Source: a virus
Lineage: Duplodnaviria; Caudoviricetes
IMG/VR virus record: IMGVR_UViG_3300022918_000112
Location: 1 to 60,112 of that record
Strand: one strand, 5' to 3'
Length of the DNA stretch: 60,112 bases
Positions 45,929 through 55,187 of this stretch are shown one piece after another. A model generated the notes under the pieces. That model made no database searches and was not told the DNA's origin. It was given only the letters and a program-made list of their open reading frames with translations. Numbering within the stretch: position 1 is the first letter of the stretch; each line of letters starts with the position of its first letter. Both the position numbers and the translations under genes were made by a program.

Positions 45929-46735
45929 TCAAAACCCCTCCTTGCCGCGCTGTGATTCCCACTCGAACGGAATGACGATCACCCCGCCCTCCCGCAGACG
46001 ATCCGCACACCGCTCGCCGATCGCGGCCGGCAATGCCTTGGCATCCAGGTTGGAAACGATCACCGTCGGACGCTGCTCCTCGTACCGGCCGTTGATGATT
46101 GCGAACAGCGTGGTCAGCTCGAAGTCGCTGGGCTTTTCCTTGCTGACGCCGATCTCATCAAGGATCAGCAGTGATGGGCTGACGAGGCTCGACAGGATCT
46201 GGCTTTCGCTCTGTTCGCTGGTCCGGTCGTAGGTGGCGCGGATCGTTTGCAAGACCGAGCCGACAGTGCGGTACACGGCGGTGGCGCTCGATCTGGCCAT
46301 GATCTCGTTGGCGATCGCCACGGACAGGTGCGTTTTGCCCGTTCCCGGTTTCCCCAACAGCAACAGACAGCGGCCCGACTCGGCGATCTGAGAGAACTCA
46401 GCTGCGTACCTACGGCAGGTGTTCAGCGCCTTGTGCTGCTCGGCGGTGGTGGCCACGTAGCCTTCGAAGGTTTTGCCAGCGAAGCGCTTCGGGATCAGCG
46501 CCGAGCCAAGCTTGCGCTCCATGGCCATGCGGAGCATCAGCGCCTTGCTCTGGCGCTCAGACTCTTCCGTCGCTTCCTGGGCGATTCGTGAGCACTCAGG
46601 GCAACCGGTCTTCAGCTCGCGGCCGATGACCGAGAAGATCTTCTGCTCGAACTCGCCGTGGGTATCACAGTCGGCGGGCTGGATGCGAGTTCCTGGCGGA
46701 AGCTCGGGGGTCGCTTGTACTGGTTCAGAACGCAT
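45929..46735 (-). CDS. DnaC/IstB-like helicase loader ATPase
   Basis: GKPGTGKTHL, LLILDEIG, SNL, DRL. Confidence 0.9.
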   Translation of the reverse strand: MRSEPVQATPELPPGTRIQPADCDTHGEFEQKIFSVIGRELKTGCPECSRIAQEATEESERQSKALMLRMAMERKLGSALIPKRFAGKTFEGYVATTAEQHKALNTCRRYAAEFSQIAESGRCLLLLGKPGTGKTHLSVAIANEIMARSSATAVYRTVGSVLQTIRATYDRTSEQSESQILSSLVSPSLLILDEIGVSKEKPSDFELTTLFAIINGRYEEQRPTVIVSNLDAKALPAAIGERCADRLREGGVIVIPFEWESQRGKEGF

Positions 46736-47588
46736 AGCTACCGTCCTCCCGTTGGATCAGTCCGTCGGTGTAGTTGCGGTCAGCGAAGCCGGTGTGACGG
46801 GACTGAACGACCGGTGCCGGGGCCGACTCGGCCATGCGCTTGATCACCCAGGACGCCTTGAATCCCTGCCACCCAGAAGTCAGCGCCTCGGTGATCGCGT
46901 CGGCGGCGGTTATCCCGGCTTCGACGCACTTGGCCAGCTCAGCGTTGACGGTTGACCAGACGGTGGCAGTGACGGCGGCGCGCTTGGCCTTGCGTTGGGT
47001 TAGCCAGTCGGCCAGCAGTTGCTCAGGGACGTTGTGCGGGTTGTCGGCCAGCAGCTGAGTCATGCCGAACGGAGCCTTGCGATCAGGCTTCGGTTGTTCC
47101 GGTTGCTCTTGGGGCGGATTAATCTCTTCCGAAGGAAGAGTTAATAGGGGTTCTTTCTTTGTATAAAGAAGGCAAGTTGCCGTTTTGGTCTCACTCGCAT
47201 CAGGTCTCAGTGAGACGATTTGGGCTGAGTGAGACGTTTTGGTCTCAGTGAGACAGTCAGGTTTTTCCTCATAGAAGGACCACTCGCGAATAGGGGAAAT
47301 CCCGATATCACCCCGGCTTCCCCCTACCCGGAAAATGATTCGACGCTCAAGGAGATGACTGATCGCTTTCGACGTGACGTCTCGGCGCATGTTGGTCTGC
47401 TTGCCGATATCGTCGGCGGTCAGGCGCTTGGTTTCGAGTTGATAGCCGATGGTCTGCCGTGCAATGGCCATGAGAACGCGCAGTTCGCGCGCTGGCAGGT
47501 CAACCGTAGCCAAAGCCTCCATCAGGCTGTTGTCCATACGGGTGAATCCCCTGCTGCTGTTCAGCTGGATGATGTTGTCGGGGGTCAT
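46725..47588 (-). CDS. Replication initiator (lambda O-like)
   Basis: GFTRMDNSLMEAL, AIARQTIGY; internal iterons. Confidence 0.88.
   Translation of the reverse strand: MTPDNIIQLNSSRGFTRMDNSLMEALATVDLPARELRVLMAIARQTIGYQLETKRLTADDIGKQTNMRRDVTSKAISHLLERRIIFRVGGSRGDIGISPIREWSFYEEKPDCLTETKTSHSAQIVSLRPDASETKTATCLLYTKKEPLLTLPSEEINPPQEQPEQPKPDRKAPFGMTQLLADNPHNVPEQLLADWLTQRKAKRAAVTATVWSTVNAELAKCVEAGITAADAITEALTSGWQGFKASWVIKRMAESAPAPVVQSRHTGFADRNYTDGLIQREDGSYAF
47135..47254. repeat. Phage replication origin iterons
   Basis: GGTCTCAGTGAGAC at 47203 and 47241, half-sites at 47187 and 47227, adjacent AT-rich tract. Confidence 0.75.
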
Positions 47589-47695
47589 TGCTTGACTCCC
47601 TGAGAACGAGATTTGAGGCGCGACACGTTTTCGGAATTAACAAAACGTGTCGCAACATGGTTCGGGGTATTGCTTGAATTGGGCTGGCTCTGCAT
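47585..47695 (-). CDS. 36-aa leader-like ORF coupled to O
   Basis: GAGAG RBS, ATGA overlap with O, internal 12-bp inverted repeat 47620-47653. Confidence 0.5.
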   Translation of the reverse strand: MQSQPNSSNTPNHVATRFVNSENVSRLKSRSQGVKQ

Positions 47696-47759
47696 AATTG
47701 GTGCTCTCTAGTTTCGCGAATCAGCCGACCTTCTCCGTCGGCTTTTTTGTGTCTGAAAT

Positions 47760-48182
47760 TCAGGCAGCCTTCAGCGACTCGCGCAGCACGTGCAGCGCGT
47801 CGATGGCTTCCTGAATGGCTTTGTCGCCCTGGGCTTTTTCGTGCTGGCTGATGTGGTTGTCAGAAGCGGCGTCGAAGATCAGCCGACCCACGTCGCCGCA
47901 TTCGGCGGTCAGATGGCACAGCGCGACCATCAGCGGTTTCGCTGCCGGGCGCTCACGCTCCACCAGGTCAAACCCGAACTCGTTGGCCAGGGCCGCCAGC
48001 GGACCTTTGTCACCGGTGTGCAGCAAGATCCCGTACAGATGCTCAATGGTCAGGTGGTGAGCGTCGTTGTCCGGGTTTGCGCGCTGGAGCAGGCTCACAT
48101 GCGGAACACCCATCTTGGCGCTCAGCGATTTAGCTTCGTTGTCCTTGACCGCGTCGTGGCAGGCCCGCAGGAACTTGTCCAT
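47760..48182 (-). CDS. Phage regulatory CII-family protein
   Basis: LLQRANPDNDAHHLT, ECGDV, ISQHE. Confidence 0.8.
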   Translation of the reverse strand: MDKFLRACHDAVKDNEAKSLSAKMGVPHVSLLQRANPDNDAHHLTIEHLYGILLHTGDKGPLAALANEFGFDLVERERPAAKPLMVALCHLTAECGDVGRLIFDAASDNHISQHEKAQGDKAIQEAIDALHVLRESLKAA

Positions 48183-48369
48183 TCGTAAAACCTCGTTTCT
48201 GTTTCCGTGGTGGCGTAATGCCAACAAGGCGATCATTCGTTCATCAACTGATCAGGGACGAATCCATGACCTTCTCTTCTTCCAGTCCCGAACCAGGGAC
48301 CAGCGCCAATCTTGAAAGCTGTTACCGACCTAACATTCCCGCTTTGCGGTCCCTAATAAGGGCTGTGAA

Positions 48370-48561
48370 TCACCGCTTTGGAGGAAAGGCGACTACGTTG
48401 CTATTGGGTAAGGCGCTGTCGCAGATCGCTTTCTTGAGCCCTGGCATGGCCAGTCGCAAAAGCTCGGAGGCCAAAGCATCCGGGGTGATTCCGATCTCCG
48501 ACGCCCATCGCGCCAGTTCTTCTGTTGCGCCCTTCCTGAGTTCAACCACTGCACTGGGCAT
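48370..48561 (-). CDS. Small putative DNA-binding protein
   Basis: GAGGGG RBS; RHH-like; NVVAFP tail. Confidence 0.55.
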   Translation of the reverse strand: MPSAVVELRKGATEELARWASEIGITPDALASELLRLAMPGLKKAICDSALPNSNVVAFPPKR

Positions 48562-48582
48562 GAAACCCCCTCTATGGCCTTC

Positions 48583-48786
48583 TCAGGCGCGTCTTTTCTC
48601 CAGCTCAAACGGAAGCTCTCCGAGCGTTCGCTTGACCTCAAGCGCGGCCTCGATGATTTCTCGGCTAAGCACGCTGTGTTGCAACTTCATGTCGCGAGCA
48701 ACGTCCTTCAGTTCCTGAAAGACTTCATCATCGAGGCGCACCTTCACCTGGTGCTCGTGTCGGTGCGTTTTATCGTCGTAAGCCAT
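48583..48786 (-). CDS. Small RHH-like regulator
   Basis: VKVRLDD strand followed by two helices. Confidence 0.65.
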   Translation of the reverse strand: MAYDDKTHRHEHQVKVRLDDEVFQELKDVARDMKLQHSVLSREIIEAALEVKRTLGELPFELEKRRA

Positions 48787-48821
48787 AGGTTCACTTCCGC
48801 TTTCGGTGTGACTGGGCAGGG

Positions 48822-49037
48822 TTAGGCGGCGGTTTTACGAGTTGGCTGATGGCGAGAACAGAGCTCGCGAGCGGTGATTTCACCGCCTGTAAGCTCCTCC
48901 GCCTTGAATGCCTTCTCTGCGCTCATCAAGCAAATGCCAGACACCCAGTACGAAACCGCAGCTTGAGATACGCCGAGAGCCAGAGCTGTTTTGGTTTGCC
49001 CGCCGAAGTGGTCGACGAGCCTTTCGATGGGGGTCAT
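48822..49037 (-). CDS. cro: Cro-like repressor
   Basis: GGQTKTALALGVSQAAVSYW HTH; divergent from cI. Confidence 0.88.
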   Translation of the reverse strand: MTPIERLVDHFGGQTKTALALGVSQAAVSYWVSGICLMSAEKAFKAEELTGGEITARELCSRHQPTRKTAA

Positions 49038-49052
49038 TTGAGACTCCTCCTG

Positions 49053-49113
49053 ATAAGCCTGCTTATATCCTAAGTAGAAGGACACTTATTTGCAAGCCGA
49101 TAAGGGAACTTAT
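49053..49113. promoter_or_regulatory. OR-like operators (three ATAAG-N4-CTTAT sites)
   Basis: 49053-49066, 49076-49089 (1 mismatch), 49100-49113. Confidence 0.8.
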
Positions 49114-49125
49114 AAATTCCAGCGG

Positions 49126-49782
49126 ATGAGCACACTCGCCGAAAGAATCAAATCCGCACGAATTCACGCCAAGCTGACGCAGAAGGCTCTCGCTCTTAAG
49201 GCGGGGGTTGAGCAGCCGGTGATCTCGCAGTTGGAAACTGGAAAGAACCTACAAAGCGCGCACCTGCCGAAAATTGCGCATGCGTGCGGCGTGAGCGCCA
49301 TTTGGCTATCCGAGAATATTGGTCAGATGATCAATTCAGCGGCGGCCGAGTCGAACGTGGGCGAATCCCGTCAGCCCGTTGAGTCCTACCGCTACCCGGT
49401 AATCAGCTGGGTAGCCGCCGGCGCCTGGGCTGAGGCCGTGGAGCCCTACCCGGCCGGCTTCTCGGATCGCTATGAGTTTTCCGAGTACGACTCAAAAGGT
49501 GCCGCGTTTTGGCTTGAGGTCAAAGGCGACTCGATGACTTCACCGGTTGGGCAAAGCATTACCGAAGGGACTCTAATTCTGGTAGACACGGAAGCAGAGG
49601 CTGCTCCCGGGAAGCTAGTTATCGCCAAGCTGCCGGATAGCAACGAAGCGACCTTCAAGAAGCTGGTAAATGACGGCGGCAAGCTATTCCTGAAGCCGTT
49701 AAACCCGTCATGGCGAATTGAGCCTTTCACCGAAGACTGCCGAATCGTAGGGGTTGTGGTTCGGGCGCTTCAGAAGTTTTAA
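49126..49782 (+). CDS. cI: CI-like repressor (HTH + S24 autopeptidase)
   Basis: N-terminal HTH, VAAG cleavage site, GDSM, TFKKL. Confidence 0.93.
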   Translation: MSTLAERIKSARIHAKLTQKALALKAGVEQPVISQLETGKNLQSAHLPKIAHACGVSAIWLSENIGQMINSAAAESNVGESRQPVESYRYPVISWVAAGAWAEAVEPYPAGFSDRYEFSEYDSKGAAFWLEVKGDSMTSPVGQSITEGTLILVDTEAEAAPGKLVIAKLPDSNEATFKKLVNDGGKLFLKPLNPSWRIEPFTEDCRIVGVVVRALQKF

Positions 49783-50057
49783 ATAGACGGCTAGGTGAGC
49801 CGATCCATGGGGGTATTCGTGTGCATGCACATCTTTATGGGTAAGAAACGCAGTGAAATCTGTCTCGCCCGGCATGCTGAAGGCGGAAAGGATAGTGCAA
49901 GGCAAGGCTGAGTGGATGCTGTAGCGCGGGCCTACAAATGCACGCCTACAACGTTTAAAGGTTAACGCCGTTAACTGTTCTCCGGAGAACCATTAAAGGT
50001 ACGGCGGATCACCCTGAGTACGGGAATCCCTGCCGATCTGGAACGAGGGCTGACGGC

Positions 50058-50246
50058 ATGGCGCACTCACTTCAATACCAGATAACCGAATCAGTTCGCG
50101 TCGTTGAGATCGAGATTGGGAAACTGCTCGATTTGGCAGCAATGCTGAAAGACGATGGAAACGATGCCCTGGCGACGGCTGTCTCGAACCAGGCGAATAA
50201 GCTGCTTGAGGCTGCTGTAGCGCTGAGAATCGCGATGGCAGGCTGA
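50058..50246 (+). CDS. Small helical-hairpin protein
   Basis: GAGGG RBS, amphipathic helices. Confidence 0.65.
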   Translation: MAHSLQYQITESVRVVEIEIGKLLDLAAMLKDDGNDALATAVSNQANKLLEAAVALRIAMAG

Positions 50247-50403
50247 CTGCTTATGCTGCCGGATCGTCGGCGTTGTGGTTTGGGTACTTCAGAAGTTTTA
50301 AGCCAGCAAATCACGATCCTGAATTACGTGTTTTGGCGCGAAGAGTGATTGCGCACAGAGCCGATGAAAACCGCCCCCTTGAAAACGAAGGAAAGGAACT
50401 CCG

Positions 50404-50715
50404 ATGAAAAAGCTAATGGTCACAGGGTTGCTCGCGTTGATCGCCGTTGCGATTTACACGCAAATTACGCTCTTCGTGGTCCCTCCCATCGGGGCCGTTC
50501 CGGAAGGGCGTACAGTCGTCATGCTAAGGCTCAATAAGACCAATTTCATCGATAGCCCTGATGCCATGTGCGACCGTATGCAGGGTGGAGTCAGCTTGCT
50601 GTGCAGAGGAATGACCATGGCCGCTGTCGTAGAAAAAACCAAAATCATCGCAAGGCTTCCCTACTCGGACTGGCTCTATCTTCAGTCTACGGATGGAAAG
50701 CGATTCAACCGCTGA
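50404..50715 (+). CDS. Small exported or membrane-anchored protein
   Basis: AAGGA RBS, MKK + hydrophobic segment, Cys pair. Confidence 0.7.
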   Translation: MKKLMVTGLLALIAVAIYTQITLFVVPPIGAVPEGRTVVMLRLNKTNFIDSPDAMCDRMQGGVSLLCRGMTMAAVVEKTKIIARLPYSDWLYLQSTDGKRFNR

Positions 50716-50753
50716 GTCATTCTCTTATGTCGACGATGTGATGGGAGGCTTCC

Positions 50754-50987
50754 ATGGGACTCAATAAACCAGAGCAAGACCTGAAGCGAGACCTCCAGGG
50801 TGTCGCCTCTGATTTGAAGTGGTCAGCGGTGGAGCTAAAGCGTATTGCTGAGCGACTCAGCCTGGCCGGCAATGAGATCGATGCCCAGGCCATCCATCAC
50901 CTGATCACTATTTTCAAGGCTGGCGAAGCAAGACTTAATGCTCGATCGGTGGAAATATCCGCCACAAATCCTGAGTCGATAGCCTGA
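50754..50987 (+). CDS. Small helical-hairpin protein (paralog array)
   Basis: GGAGG RBS; LNKPEQDLKRDL...LKWS. Confidence 0.7.
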   Translation: MGLNKPEQDLKRDLQGVASDLKWSAVELKRIAERLSLAGNEIDAQAIHHLITIFKAGEARLNARSVEISATNPESIA

Positions 50988-50994
50988 GGTCAGC

Positions 50995-51222
50995 ATGTCC
51001 CTCACCAAGCCCAGCCAAGAGCTGCGCCGCGAACTCAAGGCCCTAGGGCTTGATATCGAGCAAGCTGCAGACGAAGTGCTCAGAATCACCAAGGACTGCC
51101 GTGATGTCGAGGTGGCAGCCGTCCTGAAGCTGATTGCGAAGCTCTACGAGGATGCGGATCGGGTTGCGGCGCTGGCGGATGAGGTGAAGGCTGGGAAGAT
51201 TTTGCGCGGGAAGCCTGAGTAG
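50995..51222 (+). CDS. Small helical-hairpin protein (paralog array)
   Basis: GAGG RBS; LTKPSQELRREL...ADEVKAGKILRGKPE. Confidence 0.7.
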   Translation: MSLTKPSQELRRELKALGLDIEQAADEVLRITKDCRDVEVAAVLKLIAKLYEDADRVAALADEVKAGKILRGKPE

Positions 51223-51269
51223 ATGGGGCGACCAACTCGAAATTAACATTCAAATTCAAAGGGATTTAC

Positions 51270-51509
51270 ATGAGCATTTCAACGGAAAGTCAGCAGTTAC
51301 ACGACGCACTCATATCAGCGGCATTCCTCCTCAAGTGGTCCAGCGCCGATGTTCTCAGCAAGGCACATGGGCGGTCTGAAGCAGGAAAACAGGCCGAAGC
51401 AGATGCCCTGCTGAAGATCGTCGGCAATTACCAAGAGTCTGAGTCGCACCTTTTGGGATTTGCTGACGAGGTGAAGGCGGGAAAGATTGTGCGAGGGAAG
51501 GCTGAGTAG
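51270..51509 (+). CDS. Small helical-hairpin protein (paralog array)
   Basis: LKWS...ADEVKAGKIVRGKAE. Confidence 0.7.
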   Translation: MSISTESQQLHDALISAAFLLKWSSADVLSKAHGRSEAGKQAEADALLKIVGNYQESESHLLGFADEVKAGKIVRGKAE

Positions 51510-51642
51510 TTGATGCAGGCCGGAGATGTGATAGAGCGTCGAAGCCGCTTGTTAACGCACATTTCCACTTGCCCGAATCGGAAGGCAGCCCTATGTCAAT
51601 GCTGCAAGTAAAAAAATATTTGAATTGACTGCGCAAGGAGGC

Positions 51643-52113
51643 ATGGTGCCTATTCCCATACTAGACAATCGAGGCTTGCTCCCTGTCGGGGTTCACGCTT
51701 GTAAATTCAGTGATATCGAACAAGCTTTTCTCAATAGCCAGTACAGGGTGGAGCTTTACGAAAACGTAAAGTCATTCATAGACGGCCCACTGAGAAACGT
51801 GGCGGACGGGCTGCAGTTGTTTCTCGGAGGAAGCTTTTTTTCAGATAAGCTTCACCCCGCAGATATCGAAGCCACCGTATATCTACCCTGCTATCCGGTT
51901 GACCGATTTCAGAATGTCATGGGGCTGTTCGCGCAACATGACTACTATAAACAACAGAATCTTGTAGACTTTTACCCCTCCATCCAGATGCCTGGACAGA
52001 ATGATTTTGTTCAATTTTTCCAGTACGTCGGCCCTACCACTGCATCAGTAAAAGGCCTGGATGAGAAAGCAGGACGCGGAGTTTTGGAGGTGATCGAATG
52101 GGAACTTGGGTAG
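51643..52113 (+). CDS. Minimal nucleotidyltransferase-like protein (DUF6932-like)
   Basis: GLLPVGVH start; GGSF..K..P.DIE pol-beta-like motif; AGGAGG RBS. Confidence 0.7.
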   Translation: MVPIPILDNRGLLPVGVHACKFSDIEQAFLNSQYRVELYENVKSFIDGPLRNVADGLQLFLGGSFFSDKLHPADIEATVYLPCYPVDRFQNVMGLFAQHDYYKQQNLVDFYPSIQMPGQNDFVQFFQYVGPTTASVKGLDEKAGRGVLEVIEWELG

Positions 52114-53063
52114 AACAAGTGAATGGTCGCGCGAGTGTTTTACTCGATCAGATGGTTGCCTGGCGCACGGCTCAAGCCGAAACAAAGGTTGATATTTCTC
52201 ATGCCATTGACGGCCTAATGAAGAAAATTGAAAACCTCTATGCCAATGAGCTTCCTCTTGCTCGGATCATCGATGTTTCTGACCTCGTCTTGCATGCTGA
52301 AGGCCCTTCAGCTGCCACATCTACGCCAGGCCTTCATGCGTTTAACTGGCTATGCGGTTCAGCAGAAAAGCAGATTCGAACGCTAGCAAGATCGATCTTC
52401 GATCTGTCAGACCTCGACTCGAAACGATTCTCTAAAAAGCTCGACTTGCGTTTCTCAGGGTTTGCGCCTGGGAGTATTTATGCTGGCTTCTCAATATCCG
52501 AGATAGCTCCTATTCTCGGTAGTGACGAACCAGAAATCGTATACGAAACCTTGAGGTCGGCAGTGCGGATGCTTCCGACAATTCCTGAGTTCATTGGCAA
52601 TGAGACTTTAAGTTTCGGCATTTCTGAATTGATGCCAGATCCAGCGATGCGTGACGCTAGCCTGGAGGCAGTTTTTAGGCTCTCTCCAACCGGGCGTGCA
52701 GGAATCCATACAATCGACATTTCTTCACCAGATGCAGGAGAAAGCGCGCTTACCTCGAAGGAACGCATCGTGCTAAAAGAGGCTTTGCTAAAGCCTATCT
52801 CTCGGAAGAAAAGCTTCGGTAGATTTGTCGGAGAGGTCCGAGTGATTGATATGGACTCTGGCAGGTTTCAGCTTCGAAACATTTCGGACGTAGGCTCCTT
52901 GAGGTGCGTAATGCCAGAGGCGCCAGGCGAGTTATGGAAGAAAATTCTCGGCAGTCAGGTTTGCGTTGAAGGTGAGTACGAAATGGATCAAAGCGGGAGG
53001 CCGAGATTGATGTTTGCTAGTCACATTTCCCCTTCCGAAAAACCACTACAGCACGAGTTTTAA
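52098..53063 (+). CDS. Hypothetical partner protein, beta-rich C-terminus
   Basis: GGAGG RBS, 16-nt overlap with the NTase-like gene. Confidence 0.75.
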   Translation: MGTWVEQVNGRASVLLDQMVAWRTAQAETKVDISHAIDGLMKKIENLYANELPLARIIDVSDLVLHAEGPSAATSTPGLHAFNWLCGSAEKQIRTLARSIFDLSDLDSKRFSKKLDLRFSGFAPGSIYAGFSISEIAPILGSDEPEIVYETLRSAVRMLPTIPEFIGNETLSFGISELMPDPAMRDASLEAVFRLSPTGRAGIHTIDISSPDAGESALTSKERIVLKEALLKPISRKKSFGRFVGEVRVIDMDSGRFQLRNISDVGSLRCVMPEAPGELWKKILGSQVCVEGEYEMDQSGRPRLMFASHISPSEKPLQHEF

Positions 53064-53206
53064 GCTGAAGCTTGATCCAGCGCCGAGTCTTTTCGTATCT
53101 GCCTGTCATGCCTTCGTCACACCTACCAAGCACAATGCAGTCAGCCAAAGGGATTTGGCCACGTGCATAAAGAGCCCGGCCTAGCGCCGGGCTTTTTCGT
53201 TCTACC

Positions 53207-53428
53207 CTACCCTGGCCCGCCCATGCACTCTGCGGTGCTGGCAAGCAATGCCCCCGCCTGCTGGACAAGCTTTATCCACTCGTCGCTGGTGATAAGGTCG
53301 GCGCGTTCCATAGCGTCAGCCCGCCTCAACAGACCGAAGTACTTAACCTCTGCGTCCATTTGGCTTCCGGCCAGTGTGAATAGCTTGCGCCAAGCTGTCA
53401 TGGCCAGTCTTCGCTGTGCCTCTCTCAT
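53207..53428 (-). CDS. Small helical hypothetical protein
   Basis: LLRRADAMERADLITSDEW; terminators on both sides. Confidence 0.6.
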   Translation of the reverse strand: MREAQRRLAMTAWRKLFTLAGSQMDAEVKYFGLLRRADAMERADLITSDEWIKLVQQAGALLASTAECMGGPG

Positions 53429-53646
53429 TGGAGCCCTTAGTGGTGATCTATGGGTCAGGTTACAGGGCCGTTCAGTATGATGGCACTCTGGGCGACCAAT
53501 GGTGGCCGTGCGCCATGAACGAATAAAAGAATCTGAATAGAGCCCGCCAAGCGCGGGCTTTTTTGTGCCTGGAGAAAAGCTCGCAAGCCCCCGGCTACCG
53601 AAACAAATAGGCCAATGTTTCTTGCCAAAATATGGCAGGAACAATA

Positions 53647-53662
53647 CTGTACATGCATACAG
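53647..53662. promoter_or_regulatory. LexA (SOS) box
   Basis: CTGTACATGCATACAG = CTGT-N8-ACAG, 20 bp upstream of ATG 53683. Confidence 0.85.
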
Positions 53663-53682
53663 TTATAGCAAGGAGCTTTTCC

Positions 53683-53934
53683 ATGTCAAAAATCGCGTCA
53701 CCCGCTTCGCATGCCAGAGACTCATATGAATTGGTTGGTCGGCGCATCCAGCGTCTGATAGCCGCGCCAGGCGTTCAGAAGATCCAAGTTGTCACCGTCG
53801 CCCGCAACGATGATGAAAGCCCAGAGGCTTGGCGTCAGGTAATCCAAGACATCGAAGAAACGAGCGGCGTGCGCATTGAGCACCTGGACGGCGGCGCCGT
53901 CAGGATCGGATGGCGACAGTACTGCGAAGCGTGA
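53683..53934 (+). CDS. DUF1654-like protein
   Basis: SYELVGRRIQRLI..P..QK, W.QVI..I.ET.G; AAGGAG RBS. Confidence 0.8.
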   Translation: MSKIASPASHARDSYELVGRRIQRLIAAPGVQKIQVVTVARNDDESPEAWRQVIQDIEETSGVRIEHLDGGAVRIGWRQYCEA

Positions 53935-53980
53935 AAGGACCCGCCTACGAGCGGGTTTTTTATCGCCTCCGTTAAAATAT

Positions 53981-54022
53981 ATAAGCACGCTTATTGACGA
54001 ATAAAATAGGTGTGCTTATATT
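53981..54022 (+). promoter_or_regulatory. OL-like operators and pL-like promoter
   Basis: ATAAG-N4-CTTAT at 53981 and a variant at 54006; TTGACG-17-TATATT. Confidence 0.8.
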
Positions 54023-54082
54023 TCAATCCATCGCAACCCAGTCCCCACATCGGGACCAGCTGCGAAGGGTCGAGAGATCCGC

Positions 54083-54094
54083 CGCTCTTTAACA
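54083..54094 (+). promoter_or_regulatory. boxA antitermination element
   Basis: CGCTCTTTAACA consensus about 55 nt into the pL transcript. Confidence 0.8.
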
Positions 54095-54368
54095 GCTCAG
54101 GATCCTCGCCATCGACTACCCCGGGTTTCAGCCGGTAAGAGCGAGCAATAAATAGTTGATGCCACGCCAGCTCTGGAACTGGCCGTGCCTTCCACATGAA
54201 TGCACGCGAAACCACGCAAGCCAGCCGTACCAGCACCGAACACGAAATGTGCGACGACGGCCAGAGATATGAATCCGGCGATGCGCGTGGTGGAGAAAAC
54301 AGATTTCACTGGCTGGCCTTGGCGACAGGGCCAGACGGGAAATCAACCGATCAAGCACGGAGCATCAA

Positions 54369-55133
54369 ATGAGCGAGCAAACCCTTCAAGCGCTTCTGGC
54401 CGAGCGCGTCACTGCTTTTGCACACAGCGACAAGCCAGTCGAAATTATCGACGAGCACGTCAAAAAGATGTTCACCAGCGTGATCGACAACTGCTTCGGC
54501 CGTTACGGTGACATGGGCAAGCAGGTCGAGGAAGCTATCAAGGCCGCGCTGCCAGCCAATCTGACCGAAATCTTCGAGCTGACCCGATACAACGCGATGA
54601 TCGCAGCCGCGCTCAAGGAAAAGTGGGAAAACAGCGGCGTCGAGGCTGACATGGTGCGACTGGCGCAACAGCAGATCGACGAAGTGCTTAACAAAGACGC
54701 AATGCCTGAAGTGATCAGTCTGCAGGCCCTGATGGAAGCCTTCGTCGAGGACCACAAAGAGTCTGCCGCCGAGGACCACTGGGAGCATCCAGATATTCGC
54801 TTCCAGCCATCCGACTACGGCGGCCTGCATATCTACTTCGACAAGAAACCCAAAGATCACAGTGTTTCGAGCTACTCAAGAAGCTCTGAGCGCAGCGAGT
54901 ACATGCTCGACAACGCCATCCACATCAGCTTCGATCGCAACGGCAAGGATCGGGACGAGAAGGGTCGCGAGGTAGGCACGGTGTACTCCGCCAAAATCGA
55001 TGGCGAGAAGATCAGCCAGACCCTGCGATTCCGTACTCCATTCGAGAAGATGGTCGCTGCGCTCTACTTCGGCAACTCCAAGATCATCGTCGACTGCGAT
55101 GAGGATGAGTTCAGCTACGGCATTTACGACTGA
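54369..55133 (+). CDS. Phage early hypothetical protein
   Basis: GGAG RBS, first long ORF of the pL operon. Confidence 0.8.
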   Translation: MSEQTLQALLAERVTAFAHSDKPVEIIDEHVKKMFTSVIDNCFGRYGDMGKQVEEAIKAALPANLTEIFELTRYNAMIAAALKEKWENSGVEADMVRLAQQQIDEVLNKDAMPEVISLQALMEAFVEDHKESAAEDHWEHPDIRFQPSDYGGLHIYFDKKPKDHSVSSYSRSSERSEYMLDNAIHISFDRNGKDRDEKGREVGTVYSAKIDGEKISQTLRFRTPFEKMVAALYFGNSKIIVDCDEDEFSYGIYD

Positions 55134-55187
55134 ACAACCAGCGCCACGACAGCCTGTCGTTAACTGCCCGATCCTCTCCACGAGAGC

